From the NCBI GenBank assembly GCA_963851265.1, contig CAWKNZ010000002.1, positions 928,001 through 992,000 of the forward strand: a DNA stretch of 64,000 nucleotides. Reading direction: 5' to 3'. Position numbers and translations under genes: made by a program. Under the pieces are notes generated by a model. That model did no database searches. It saw only the letters and a list, made by a program, of their open reading frames with translations, and was not told the origin of the DNA. This stretch comes from an uncultured Gemmatimonadales bacterium (lineage in GTDB: Bacteria > Gemmatimonadota > Gemmatimonadetes > Gemmatimonadales > Gemmatimonadaceae). How positions within the stretch are numbered: position 1 is the first letter of the stretch; each line of letters begins with the position of its first letter. Of this stretch, positions 41,722 through 51,178 are shown in pieces.

Positions 41722-43344
41722 GTGGCCACCGTTCGCGCACGACTCGCTTCGGCGTACGCCCTCGCCCTCGGTGGAACGATCGTCGTACTCGCCGGCACGC
41801 TGTGGACCGCGCGTGGGGCCGCCGGTGACCGCGAGTTGCAGCGGTACGTGACGGAAGAGGCTGAGGTCGCGACGCGGCTGCTCCGGCAGGCCGCGGGGCC
41901 GGGGCTGCCGCTGACCGAGGTGACGGACCGGCCGATCGGCCCGCAGGTGGTGTCGCGCGTCGCGCTGCTGCTGGACGCGTTGCCCAACATCGTGATCGTC
42001 CTCGACAGCGCCGACCGGATGGTGTACCGATCGACCGACGCGCGGCTCTTGGACGTCGGCGAAGCGGACCGGATCGTCGACGCGTCGACGCTCCTGAGTC
42101 CCACCGTGTCGGGGAAACTGGACGTCGAGCGGGACACGACGGGCGCCGCGGGCGCGTACCTGCGCGCGCGCGGTCTGCCCGCACAGGAGGAAGTGCTCGT
42201 CGTGCGTCGTGACGCGCCGCGCGACCTCACGCCGATCCGGCGCATCGTGGTCGGCACGCCCACGCGCTCGGCCATCGACGCGCGGCGCGAGCTCTTCACG
42301 TCGATGCTCGCGGTCATGCCGCTCGTTCTCGTCGCGTCCGGGGGCGTCGGCTGGTGGCTCGCGGGCCGCGGCGTCCGCCCGCTCGAGCGCGTGATCGACG
42401 AGATGGAGGCGATCACGGACGGGCGCAGTCTGCACCGCCGCCTCGCCGCGGGCGAGGCGGCGCCCGAGGATGGCGACGAACTGACGCGCCTAACGACGAC
42501 GCTCAACGCCATGATCGGGCGCCTCGAGTCGTCGTTCGGCGCGCTGCGGCGGTTCACGGCCGACGCGAGCCACGAACTCAAGACGCCGCTGACGGTGCTG
42601 CGGGCGACCGTCGAGCGCGCCATGAGCGCACCGCCGCAGTCGAGCGAGCAGATGGTCGCCTTGGAGGAGGCGCTGCAGGAGGTCACGCGCATGGCGGCGC
42701 TCGTCGACAGCCTGCTCACGCTGGCGCGGTTCGACGAAGGGCGGTTCGACCTGCACCGCGAACCGGTCGCGCTCGAGCCGCTCGTCCACGACGTGCTGGA
42801 GACGGCAACGATCCTCGGCGAGGACGCGGGCCTGACGATCGAGCTGGCCGCGCTCGAGCCGGCGACGGTGCTCGGCGACGCGACGCGGCTCCGCCAGCTG
42901 TTCCTGAACCTGATCACCAACGCGATCAAGTACACGCCGCGCGGCGGGCTCGTGGAGTTGGCGCTGCGCCGCGGGGCCGGGCTGGCGAACGGCGCGGAGG
43001 GCGTGCAGCTCACGGTGCGCGACACCGGAATCGGCATCGCCGCGGCCGACCTGCCGTACATCTTCGACCGTTTCTGGCGGGCGGATCGCGCGCGGTCGCG
43101 GCGGAGTGCGCTGGGGACCGCGCTCGGCGCGACCGAGCGGGGCGGGTTCGGCCTCGGGCTCGCGATCAGTCAGTGGATCGCGCAGGCGCACGGCGGAACG
43201 ATCGCCGTCACGTCGCGGCTCACGCGCGGCACCACGTTCACCGTGACGCTGCCGACCGTCGTGGCCTCGGTCGATGCCGTCCGCGACCCGACGTTGGGCG
43301 ATGCCGAGCGCCCGGCCGGCGAACTGCGACCGGTGACGGCCTGA
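41722..43344 (+). CDS. Membrane HAMP sensor histidine kinase (CusS-like)
   Basis: Two TM segments, HAMP, FTADASHELKTPL, NAIKYT, DTGIGI, GFGLGL. Confidence 0.93.
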   Translation: MATVRARLASAYALALGGTIVVLAGTLWTARGAAGDRELQRYVTEEAEVATRLLRQAAGPGLPLTEVTDRPIGPQVVSRVALLLDALPNIVIVLDSADRMVYRSTDARLLDVGEADRIVDASTLLSPTVSGKLDVERDTTGAAGAYLRARGLPAQEEVLVVRRDAPRDLTPIRRIVVGTPTRSAIDARRELFTSMLAVMPLVLVASGGVGWWLAGRGVRPLERVIDEMEAITDGRSLHRRLAAGEAAPEDGDELTRLTTTLNAMIGRLESSFGALRRFTADASHELKTPLTVLRATVERAMSAPPQSSEQMVALEEALQEVTRMAALVDSLLTLARFDEGRFDLHREPVALEPLVHDVLETATILGEDAGLTIELAALEPATVLGDATRLRQLFLNLITNAIKYTPRGGLVELALRRGAGLANGAEGVQLTVRDTGIGIAAADLPYIFDRFWRADRARSRRSALGTALGATERGGFGLGLAISQWIAQAHGGTIAVTSRLTRGTTFTVTLPTVVASVDAVRDPTLGDAERPAGELRPVTA

Positions 43345-43439
43345 GCGGTACGACCGCGCGGCCGGCTCCGATGTGACGCCGCGATGGTGACGTGCGTCCG
43401 CGCGCGTAATGGAATCCTAATCCGGTGTCCATCCCGCGT

Positions 43440-43470
43440 TCACGAACCTTGCGTAACATTGCGTTCGTGA
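43440..43470. promoter_or_regulatory. Candidate operator/promoter upstream of tonB
   Basis: TCACGAAC-N15-GTTCGTGA inverted repeat overlapping a TTGCGT direct repeat of 10-nt period and TAACAT. Confidence 0.45.
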
Positions 43471-43548
43471 CGACCGGGCAACCGGCCGTTTCGTCGGGCC
43501 GTGAGTCGTCACGGTCCGCGCCCCAATCGCCGCTCGCCCCGCCGCCTC

Positions 43549-44271
43549 ATGTTCAACAACCTGATCGAGTCGAAGGCGAAGAGACAGCGCAGCCCGGCCG
43601 GCACGGCCATGAGCGTCATCATTCACGCGGCCCTGATCAGCGGGGCGGTCTACGCGACCGCGCACGCGACGATCGCCGCGGAGAAGCCGAAGGAAGAGAA
43701 GGTGACGCTCGTCGAGATGAAGAAGAACGATCCGCCGCCGCCGAAGGAGCCGCCGCCTCCGCCGCCCAAGAACGTCGTCGTCGCGCCCCCGGTCGCGAAG
43801 GGCTTCCAGGTCCTCACGCCGCCGATCAACATCCCGGACATCATCCCGAAGGTCGACCTCTCGAAGCGTGTCACGAGCGAGTCGGACTTCTCGGGTAAGG
43901 GTGTGGCCGGTGGTCGGGCCAACGGCGACCCGAACGTGAAGTCGGCGCCCACGATCCAAACGGACCAGCCGTACTTCGAGTTCCAGGTCGAGAAGCAGGC
44001 GGCCACGGTGCCGGGCTCGCTCACGGCGCAGTACCCGGAGGCACTCCGCTCGAGCGGTGGCGGCGACGGCAAGGTCACGGCGCAGTTCGTGGTCGACACC
44101 ACGGGGCGCGCAGATATGGGCACCTGGAAGATCCTCGAGTCGACGAACGACCTGTTCGCCTCGGCGGCCAAGGACGCCACACGCAAGGCGCGGTTTTACG
44201 CGGCCGAGATCGGCGGGCACAAGGTGAAGCAGCTCGTGCAGCTCCCCTTCTCGTTCAGCCTGACCAAGTAG
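43549..44271 (+). CDS. tonB: TonB family energy transducer
   Basis: TM with SVIIH, Pro-rich linker, QYPEAL, QFVVDTTG C-terminal domain. Confidence 0.88.
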   Translation: MFNNLIESKAKRQRSPAGTAMSVIIHAALISGAVYATAHATIAAEKPKEEKVTLVEMKKNDPPPPKEPPPPPPKNVVVAPPVAKGFQVLTPPINIPDIIPKVDLSKRVTSESDFSGKGVAGGRANGDPNVKSAPTIQTDQPYFEFQVEKQAATVPGSLTAQYPEALRSSGGGDGKVTAQFVVDTTGRADMGTWKILESTNDLFASAAKDATRKARFYAAEIGGHKVKQLVQLPFSFSLTK

Positions 44272-44371
44272 TTCCGGCCACCGCCGGATCCGGGATTACC
44301 CGCGCCTTCGGGCGCATCCTCCGCGTCGCGCGTGTGCCGGCGCCTTCCACCCCTGCGGGAGATTGTAAGCG

Positions 44372-45103
44372 ATGAACATGGACCTGTTGAACCTGTGGTC
44401 GACGATGGGCGCCTTCGCCAAGTTCATCGTCATCACGCTCGCGATCATGTCGATCTGGTCGCTGACGATCATGTTCCAGAAGTTCTTCCAGATCCGCGCG
44501 GCGCAGGCCGAGACGCGCCGCTTCGCGCCGGAGTTCAGCCAGTTCCTCGACGAGGACAACCTCTCCGAGGCGATCAACCTCGCGCAGAACTACAAGAAGT
44601 CGCACGTCGCCCGCGTCCTCGGCAACTCGCTCGAAGACGTGAAGCCGCTCATCTCGGACGGCTCGGTCACGGTCGCCGACATCAACTCGGCCGAGCGCGC
44701 CGTCGAGCGTGAGATGCTGATGACGATCGTCGACCAGAAGCGCGGCCTCGGCGTGCTGGCGACGGTGGGCGCGACGGCCCCGTTCGTCGGGCTGCTGGGC
44801 ACCACGATGGGCATCGTGAACGCGTTCACCGGTATGGCCGCGTCGGGCTCCGGCGGTCTGTCGGCGATCTCGGCCGGTATCGCCGAGGCGCTCATCACGA
44901 CGGCGTTCGGCCTCATGGTCGCGATCCCGGCGGTGTGGATGTTCAACTACTTCTCGACCAAGATCGACAACCTCACGGCCGAGATGACGTACACGTCCAA
45001 GGAAATGATCGACTACCTGATCAAGGGCGTCTCGGGCGAGTTCGGCCGCTCGCGCTTCACGCGCGAGTTCAGCACCGGGTCGTCGGGCACGATCTCGCAG
45101 TAA
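44372..45103 (+). CDS. exbB: ExbB/TolQ/MotA proton channel
   Basis: APFVGLLGT, GIAEALITTAFGLMVAIPA. Confidence 0.9.
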   Translation: MNMDLLNLWSTMGAFAKFIVITLAIMSIWSLTIMFQKFFQIRAAQAETRRFAPEFSQFLDEDNLSEAINLAQNYKKSHVARVLGNSLEDVKPLISDGSVTVADINSAERAVEREMLMTIVDQKRGLGVLATVGATAPFVGLLGTTMGIVNAFTGMAASGSGGLSAISAGIAEALITTAFGLMVAIPAVWMFNYFSTKIDNLTAEMTYTSKEMIDYLIKGVSGEFGRSRFTREFSTGSSGTISQ

Positions 45104-45242
45104 TCGCGGCCCGGCGCGCGACGCCGGCCGGGATTACACCCGGCCGGCGGTCGCCTCGGGCGCGACGGCATGGCCACGGCGAGTCGCGCCGCGATCCGCG
45201 TCGGCAGTCGATCACTCGTTCACGGACACTAGGAGGGAGCAG

Positions 45243-45725
45243 ATGGCGATTTCCACCGGAGGCGGGGGCGGCGTAAAGGCCGAGCCCAACGTGACGCCGC
45301 TCGTCGACGTCATGCTCGTCCTCCTCATCATCTTCATGGTGATCATCCCGACGCTGACGTCGGGGTTGAACGCCACGCCGCCGCAGGGGATCAACCTCAA
45401 GAAGCACCCCGAGGAGAACGGCGACCAGTTGCTCGGCATCGACCGCAAGGGGCAGTACTACCTCAACCGGCAGCCGATCCCGAACAACAATCTCGAAGCG
45501 CAGCTGCGCAACATCTACGATAAGCGCACCGAGGACAAAATCCTCTACGTGCGCGCCGACCGGAACCTCGAGTACTCCAAGGTGCAGGACGCCGTCGACA
45601 TCGCCGGCAAGGCCGGCGTGCGCGTGACCGGCCTCATCTCGGAGCAGACGCCGGGATCGGAAGGCAAGTCGATCGACGCGGCTAGCGACTCCAAGGTCGG
45701 CAACGTGGGCGGAGGAAAGCAGTAA
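45243..45725 (+). CDS. exbD: ExbD/TolR family protein
   Basis: NVTPLVDVMLVLLIIFMV; SD AGGAGG upstream. Confidence 0.9.
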   Translation: MAISTGGGGGVKAEPNVTPLVDVMLVLLIIFMVIIPTLTSGLNATPPQGINLKKHPEENGDQLLGIDRKGQYYLNRQPIPNNNLEAQLRNIYDKRTEDKILYVRADRNLEYSKVQDAVDIAGKAGVRVTGLISEQTPGSEGKSIDAASDSKVGNVGGGKQ

Positions 45726-46141
45726 TGGCCATGTCTTCAGGCGGTGGGAGCGGCGGCCTCACGAACGAGCCGAACGTGACCCCGATGATCGACGTGCTCA
45801 TGGTGCTCCTGATCATCTTCATGGTGATCGTGCCCTCGAGCCGCAAGGCGATCGACGTACAGGTCCCCGACCCCAACCCGCCGCAGCAGACGACGCAGCA
45901 GGACAACACGTCGATCGTGCTCACGGTGCAGAAGGGCGGGAAGTACCTGATCAACAAGGAAGCGGCTGACCTCAACTCGCTCGGGCCCCGCCTCAAGTCG
46001 ATCTACGAACCGCGTCCCGACAAGGTCATCTTCATCAAGGGCGACCCGACCGCGACGTACCAGGACGTGATCCACGCGATGGACGTCGCGCGCGGCTCGG
46101 GCGTCAAGGTGATCGGCTTCACGCCGAAGGGCGCCACCTAA
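45725..46141 (+). CDS. exbD: Second ExbD/TolR family protein
   Basis: NVTPMIDVLMVLLIIFMV, IKGD. Confidence 0.9.
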   Translation: MAMSSGGGSGGLTNEPNVTPMIDVLMVLLIIFMVIVPSSRKAIDVQVPDPNPPQQTTQQDNTSIVLTVQKGGKYLINKEAADLNSLGPRLKSIYEPRPDKVIFIKGDPTATYQDVIHAMDVARGSGVKVIGFTPKGAT

Positions 46142-46313
46142 CCGGCGTTCGCTTTACACCGCTGCCGGCGTCATCGCCCCGGTGCGCGTGACGGCGGACG
46201 GGCCCTCGTGGCTCGTCCGCCGCTGTGTTGTGTACCACCGGTGTGTCTGACCGTCGCCGGCGCGCGCCGTCGCGCGCCATGCGCCCACGCTGCCGTCCCA
46301 CGCGCTACCCCGG

Positions 46314-47162
46314 ATGTCGTACGAGTCGCCCCCCGTTCCCGAACGGCCGAAGCTCCGGCCGCCCGTCGGCATCCCCGTCCCGGCTACGCCGCGCGTCCGA
46401 AGCGTGCTCGCGTCAGTCGGGATTCACGCGCTCATCATCGCGCTGCTCGTCGTCCCGTTCGCGGCTCCCGAGGTGATCCGCGTGATCACCGGGTCTGGCG
46501 GTCCGACGCCGGCCGGCGGTGGCGGCGGCGGCCTACGCGGGTCTGGAGGCGACCGCGGCGGGCCGCCGATCGTCGAGCGCTTGCGGTACGTCCAACTCGC
46601 CGCACCGCCGGTTCCGCCCCCCACCAAGGCGGCGGTCAGCGCGCCGGTCGTTACACCACCGCCGGTCGTGAAACCGCCGGTCGCACCGCCGGTCACGCCC
46701 CCCGTGTCGAAGCCCGCGCCTGCCGCGACCACGACGCCCGCCCCGGCGACGTCGAGCGTGACCGCGCCCGGCGCCGGCTCCGGCGGCGGTACGGGAGCGG
46801 ACGGGACGCTCGGATCGGGGCCCGGTACGGGCGGTGGCGTGGGAAGTGGCGCCGGAAGCGGTCGCGGAAGTGGCGTCGGGCCGGCCACTGGCGGCGGCAC
46901 GACGGCCAACCCGGCGCCCACGTTGGTCGAGATGTTCATTCCGCCGCCGGGCACGCCGAAGCGGGACAAGGGGAAAACCATCGTCGCGGTGTTCGACGTC
47001 GACAGCACGGGCCACGTCATCAAGGTCGACTTCACGCAGGTGAGCGACGGGGGCTACAACCGAAAACTGCGGGAAGCGTTCGAGTCGTTCCGGTTTCGGC
47101 CCGCCGTCCGTCCGGACGGCACGCCCATACGCGCCACGGCTTCGGTCGAGTACGTGCTCTGA
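46314..47162 (+). CDS. TonB-like protein with Pro- and Gly-rich linker
   Basis: SVGIH TM motif, PPV repeats, poly-Gly stretch, FDVDSTG...FRFRPA C-terminal domain. Confidence 0.72.
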   Translation: MSYESPPVPERPKLRPPVGIPVPATPRVRSVLASVGIHALIIALLVVPFAAPEVIRVITGSGGPTPAGGGGGGLRGSGGDRGGPPIVERLRYVQLAAPPVPPPTKAAVSAPVVTPPPVVKPPVAPPVTPPVSKPAPAATTTPAPATSSVTAPGAGSGGGTGADGTLGSGPGTGGGVGSGAGSGRGSGVGPATGGGTTANPAPTLVEMFIPPPGTPKRDKGKTIVAVFDVDSTGHVIKVDFTQVSDGGYNRKLREAFESFRFRPAVRPDGTPIRATASVEYVL

Positions 47163-47191
47163 AGCGCCCGCGAAGTTCGCGGGCGCTTTTT
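47162..47191 (+). terminator. Intrinsic terminator
   Basis: AAGCGCCCGCG-AAGTT-CGCGGGCGCTT then TTT. Confidence 0.85.
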
Positions 47192-47337
47192 CGTGATGAC
47201 GCGTGGTGGGGCGCGACGCCGGTTCGGCTGGCACTCGTTCGTACCGGACCCTATGTTGCCGCGCTGTTGCCCGGGCCGAGCGCGCACGCGTCTCAGTCGC
47301 GGTCGCCGCCCTTGACCCCAGCCCCGAGCGAGCGCGC

Positions 47338-48909
47338 ATGTCCAGCGTGGTCGACGCGTCATCCGCGCGCCCGTCCCAGGTCGCTGTGCCACATGCGGAT
47401 GGCGCGGCGGACGACGACGGCTCCGACGAATTCGTCAAGGCGCTGACGCTGACCGACGCGACGATGCTCGTGGCCGGCTCGATGATCGGGTCGGGGATCT
47501 TCATCGTTTCGGCCGACATCGCGCGCACCGTCGGCTCGCCCGCCGTCCTCCTCGCGGCGTGGGGACTGACGGGAGTCATCACGTTGCTCGGCGCGCTCGC
47601 GTATGGCGAGCTCGCCGCGATGTATCCGCGGGCCGGCGGCCAGTACGTGTTCCTGCGCGAGGCGATGGGCCCGGTGATGGGCTTCCTCTACGGCTGGACA
47701 CTCTTCGTCGTGATCCAGACCGGCACGATCGCCGCGGTCGCGGTCGCGTTCGGCAAGTTCCTCGGCGTACTCGTGCCGTCGATCACCGCGGATCGGTACG
47801 CGTGGTTCCCGCGGGCCGATGTCTGCGTGGCGTTTCTCGGTTGTCGCGACGCGTCGACGCAGGCGATTCAGCTCGGGCTCACGCCGCAGCGCCTCGTCGG
47901 GCTGGCGAGCGTCTGGGTGCTCACGCTCGTGAACCTTCGGGGGGTGCGCGAGGGCAAGCTCGTCCAAACGACACTCACCGTGCTCAAGGCCGGCGCGCTC
48001 GCCGTGCTCATACTGCTCGGGCTCACGTTAGGCCGAAACGCGACGGCGCTCGCGGCGAACTTCGGCCCCGGGCGGTTTTCCCACCCGGTCGAGTACGCGG
48101 CCCCGTTCGCGCTCGTGTTCGGCTCCGCGCTGGTCGGCTCGCTGTTCTCGAGCGACGCGTGGAACAACGTCACGTTCGCGGCCGCCGAGGTGCGCAACCC
48201 GCGTCGGAATCTGCCGCTCGCGCTCGTGCTCGGCACCGGCCTCGTCACCCTGCTGTACGTGCTCGCGAACGTCGCCTACCTCAACGTGCTGCCGATGTCG
48301 GGCGTAGCCGAGGGCGCGACGGCGCTCGCGCGCGGCGTGTCGCACGCCACGCAGGACCGCGTCGCGACGGCGGTGGCGGAGGTGATCTTCGGCACGGCGG
48401 GCGTGACGATCATGGCGGTCGCGATCCTCGTGTCCACCTTCGGCTGCAACAACGGCCTCGTCCTCGCCGGGGCGCGCGTCTACTGGGCGATGGCGCGCGA
48501 CGGCGTGTTCTTTCGCAAGGCGGGCGAGTTGAACGCGAAGGGCGTTCCCGCGTTCGCCCTGTTCGCGCAAGCGGTGTGGACGACGCTGCTCTGCCTGACC
48601 GGCACGTACGGGCAGCTACTGGATTACGTGATCTTCGCGGCGCTCGTGTTCTACGCGTTCACGACCATCGGGCTGTTCGTGCTCCGCCGCACCCGCGCGG
48701 ACGCGGAGCGGCCGTACCGCGCGATCGGCTACCCGTTCCTGCCGGCGCTCTACATCTGTCTGAGCGCCGGCGTGGCGGTGTTACTCCTCCTCGCCGAGAA
48801 GACGCGCACGCAGGCCGTGTCGGGTCTCGTGCTCGTGCTCATCGGCCTGCCTGTGTACTGGCTCTGGCGCGCCCGCGGCGGCACGCCGGACCGCATCGCG
48901 GCCCGCTGA
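47338..48909 (+). CDS. APC family amino acid permease (LAT-like)
   Basis: GSMIGSGIF, YGELAAMYPRAGG, EVRNPRRNLP, MARDG. Confidence 0.92.
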   Translation: MSSVVDASSARPSQVAVPHADGAADDDGSDEFVKALTLTDATMLVAGSMIGSGIFIVSADIARTVGSPAVLLAAWGLTGVITLLGALAYGELAAMYPRAGGQYVFLREAMGPVMGFLYGWTLFVVIQTGTIAAVAVAFGKFLGVLVPSITADRYAWFPRADVCVAFLGCRDASTQAIQLGLTPQRLVGLASVWVLTLVNLRGVREGKLVQTTLTVLKAGALAVLILLGLTLGRNATALAANFGPGRFSHPVEYAAPFALVFGSALVGSLFSSDAWNNVTFAAAEVRNPRRNLPLALVLGTGLVTLLYVLANVAYLNVLPMSGVAEGATALARGVSHATQDRVATAVAEVIFGTAGVTIMAVAILVSTFGCNNGLVLAGARVYWAMARDGVFFRKAGELNAKGVPAFALFAQAVWTTLLCLTGTYGQLLDYVIFAALVFYAFTTIGLFVLRRTRADAERPYRAIGYPFLPALYICLSAGVAVLLLLAEKTRTQAVSGLVLVLIGLPVYWLWRARGGTPDRIAAR

Positions 48910-48972
48910 TCGACGATCCTCCCGTCGTCAGGTCGGACCGCGCGTCGTCCCATCACCCCAGCCGCCTCGTAC

Positions 48973-51144
48973 ATGGATCCCTCGCAGTCCACGCTCGTCG
49001 TTCTCGTCCTCGCCGCGAGCGGCATCGCGCTCGTCGCGGCGGTGTTGCTCGCCCGTTGGGTGCTCGCCCTCAGCCGGGGCGAGCCCGCGATGCAGCGGAT
49101 CTCGAACGCGATCCAGGAGGGCGCCGAAGCGTACCTCGCGCGGCAGTACAAGACGATCGGCGTGCTGTCCGTCGTCGTCGCGGCACTCATATACATCGGC
49201 TACGCGTTCTTCCGCCCGGCCGAGACCGGCGCGAACGCGCTCTCGGCCGGCACGCTGGCCGGCTACACCACGATCTCGTTCCTGTTAGGCGCGGTGTGTT
49301 CGGGGATCGCGGGCTACATGGGGATGTGGGTCTCGATCCGCACGAACATCCGCGTCGCGGCGGCGGCGCGGACCTCGCTCAACGCCGCGCTCCAGGCGGC
49401 GCTGCGGGGCGGGGCAGTGTCGGGGCTCTTCACCGTGGCGATGTCGCTGATCGGCGTGTCGGGGCTCTTCGCGGCGTTGCACGCGATCGCCCCGGCGGGC
49501 GTGTCGTCCGACGAGTGGACGCGGCGCATCCCGTTTCTGATCGTTGGATTCGGCTTCGGGGCGTCGTTCGTGGCGCTGTTCGCGCAACTCGGTGGCGGCA
49601 TCTACACCAAGGCCGCCGACGTCGGCGCCGACTTGGTCGGTAAGGTCGAGGCCGGCATCCCGGAGGACGATCCGCGCAACCCCGCGGTGATCGCCGACCT
49701 GGTCGGCGACAACGTCGGCGACTGCGCCGGCCGCGGCGCGGACCTGTTCGAGTCGACCGCCGCCGAGAACATCGGCGCGATGATCCTCGGGGTGCTGCTC
49801 TATCCGTTCTTCGGCGTCCGGGGCGTGTTGTTTCCGCTCGTCGTCGGCGCCGTCGGGTTGCTCGCGTCGATCGTCGGCGTGGTGGTCGTGCGCACGAGCG
49901 GCGACGAGGACCCGATGAGCGCGCTCAACCGCGGCTTCTACGTGACGTCCGCGATCGTCGCGGTCGCGCTGTTCTTCCTCTGCCGCGGCCTGCTCGGGAC
50001 GTCGAGCGCGCCCGACGCGTGGTGGCACTACTTCGCCTGCGGGATGGTCGGCCTCGCGACGGCGTTCGCGTTCGTCTACATCACGCAGTACTACACCGAG
50101 TACCGCTACCGCCCGGTACTGTCGATCGCCGAGGCGAGCCAGACCGGCCCGGCCACCAACATCATCGCCGGCCTCGCGGTCGGGATGGAGTCGACCGTGC
50201 TGCCGGTGATCACGGTCGCCATTGCGATCGTGGCGAGCTACTACCTCGGGCGCACGAGCGGGCTCGTCGACGGCTCGGGGCAGCCCGTCGGCGGGCTGTT
50301 CGGCACGGCGGTCGCGACGATGGGCATGCTCGGGACCGCCGGATACATCCTCGCGATGGACGTGTTCGGACCGATCACCGACAACGCGGGCGGCATCGTC
50401 GAGATGAGCGAGCAGCCGGAGTCGATCCGCGACAAGACGGACCGGCTGGACGCGGTCGGCAACACGACGAAGGCGCTCACGAAGGGGTACGCGATCGGGT
50501 CGGCGTCGCTCGCGGCGTTCCTGCTCTTCTCGGCGTACCTCGACGAGGTGCGCGGGCTGACCGGGCAGGAGCTGTCGGTGAACCTCGCGAAGCCGCAGGT
50601 CTTCGTCGCGGGGCTGCTCGGCGCGATGCTCGTGTTCTGGTTCTCATCGCTCGCGATGACCGCGGTGCGGAAGGCGGCGCAGAGCGTGATCACCGAGGTG
50701 CGGCGCCAGTTCCAGGAAATGCCTGGAATCATGCAGGGCACGCAGCAGCCGGACTACGGACGGTGCGTGGACATCGTCACGCTCGGGGCGCTCAAGGCGA
50801 TGGTCGTGCCGGGTGCGCTCGTGGTGTTCTTCCCGATCGTCGTCGGCCTGCTGTTCAAACTCGTCGGGCTGGGCGCTGAGGCGGTGGGCGCGTTCCTGAT
50901 GGTGGCGACCATCACCGGCATCCTCATGGCCGTGTTTCTCAACAACGGCGGCGGCGCGTGGGACAACGCCAAGAAGTACATCGAAACCGGCCACTACGGC
51001 GGGAAGCGGTCGGAGGCGCACAAGGCGGCGGTCGTCGGCGACACCGTGGGTGATCCGTTCAAGGACACGGCCGGCCCCTCGCTGCACGTGCTGATCAAGC
51101 TGCTCGCGACCATCACGCTGGTGCTCGCGCCGCTGTTCATCTGA
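48973..51144 (+). CDS. hppA: Membrane pyrophosphatase, K+-independent H+-pumping type
   Basis: GGGIYTKAADVGADLVGKVE, DNVGDCAG, GPITDNAGG, GNTTKA, GGAWDNAKK, GDPFKDTAGP. Confidence 0.95.
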   Translation: MDPSQSTLVVLVLAASGIALVAAVLLARWVLALSRGEPAMQRISNAIQEGAEAYLARQYKTIGVLSVVVAALIYIGYAFFRPAETGANALSAGTLAGYTTISFLLGAVCSGIAGYMGMWVSIRTNIRVAAAARTSLNAALQAALRGGAVSGLFTVAMSLIGVSGLFAALHAIAPAGVSSDEWTRRIPFLIVGFGFGASFVALFAQLGGGIYTKAADVGADLVGKVEAGIPEDDPRNPAVIADLVGDNVGDCAGRGADLFESTAAENIGAMILGVLLYPFFGVRGVLFPLVVGAVGLLASIVGVVVVRTSGDEDPMSALNRGFYVTSAIVAVALFFLCRGLLGTSSAPDAWWHYFACGMVGLATAFAFVYITQYYTEYRYRPVLSIAEASQTGPATNIIAGLAVGMESTVLPVITVAIAIVASYYLGRTSGLVDGSGQPVGGLFGTAVATMGMLGTAGYILAMDVFGPITDNAGGIVEMSEQPESIRDKTDRLDAVGNTTKALTKGYAIGSASLAAFLLFSAYLDEVRGLTGQELSVNLAKPQVFVAGLLGAMLVFWFSSLAMTAVRKAAQSVITEVRRQFQEMPGIMQGTQQPDYGRCVDIVTLGALKAMVVPGALVVFFPIVVGLLFKLVGLGAEAVGAFLMVATITGILMAVFLNNGGGAWDNAKKYIETGHYGGKRSEAHKAAVVGDTVGDPFKDTAGPSLHVLIKLLATITLVLAPLFI

Positions 51145-51178
51145 CCTGACGCCATCGCCCCGCCACGTCACGCCTGCC

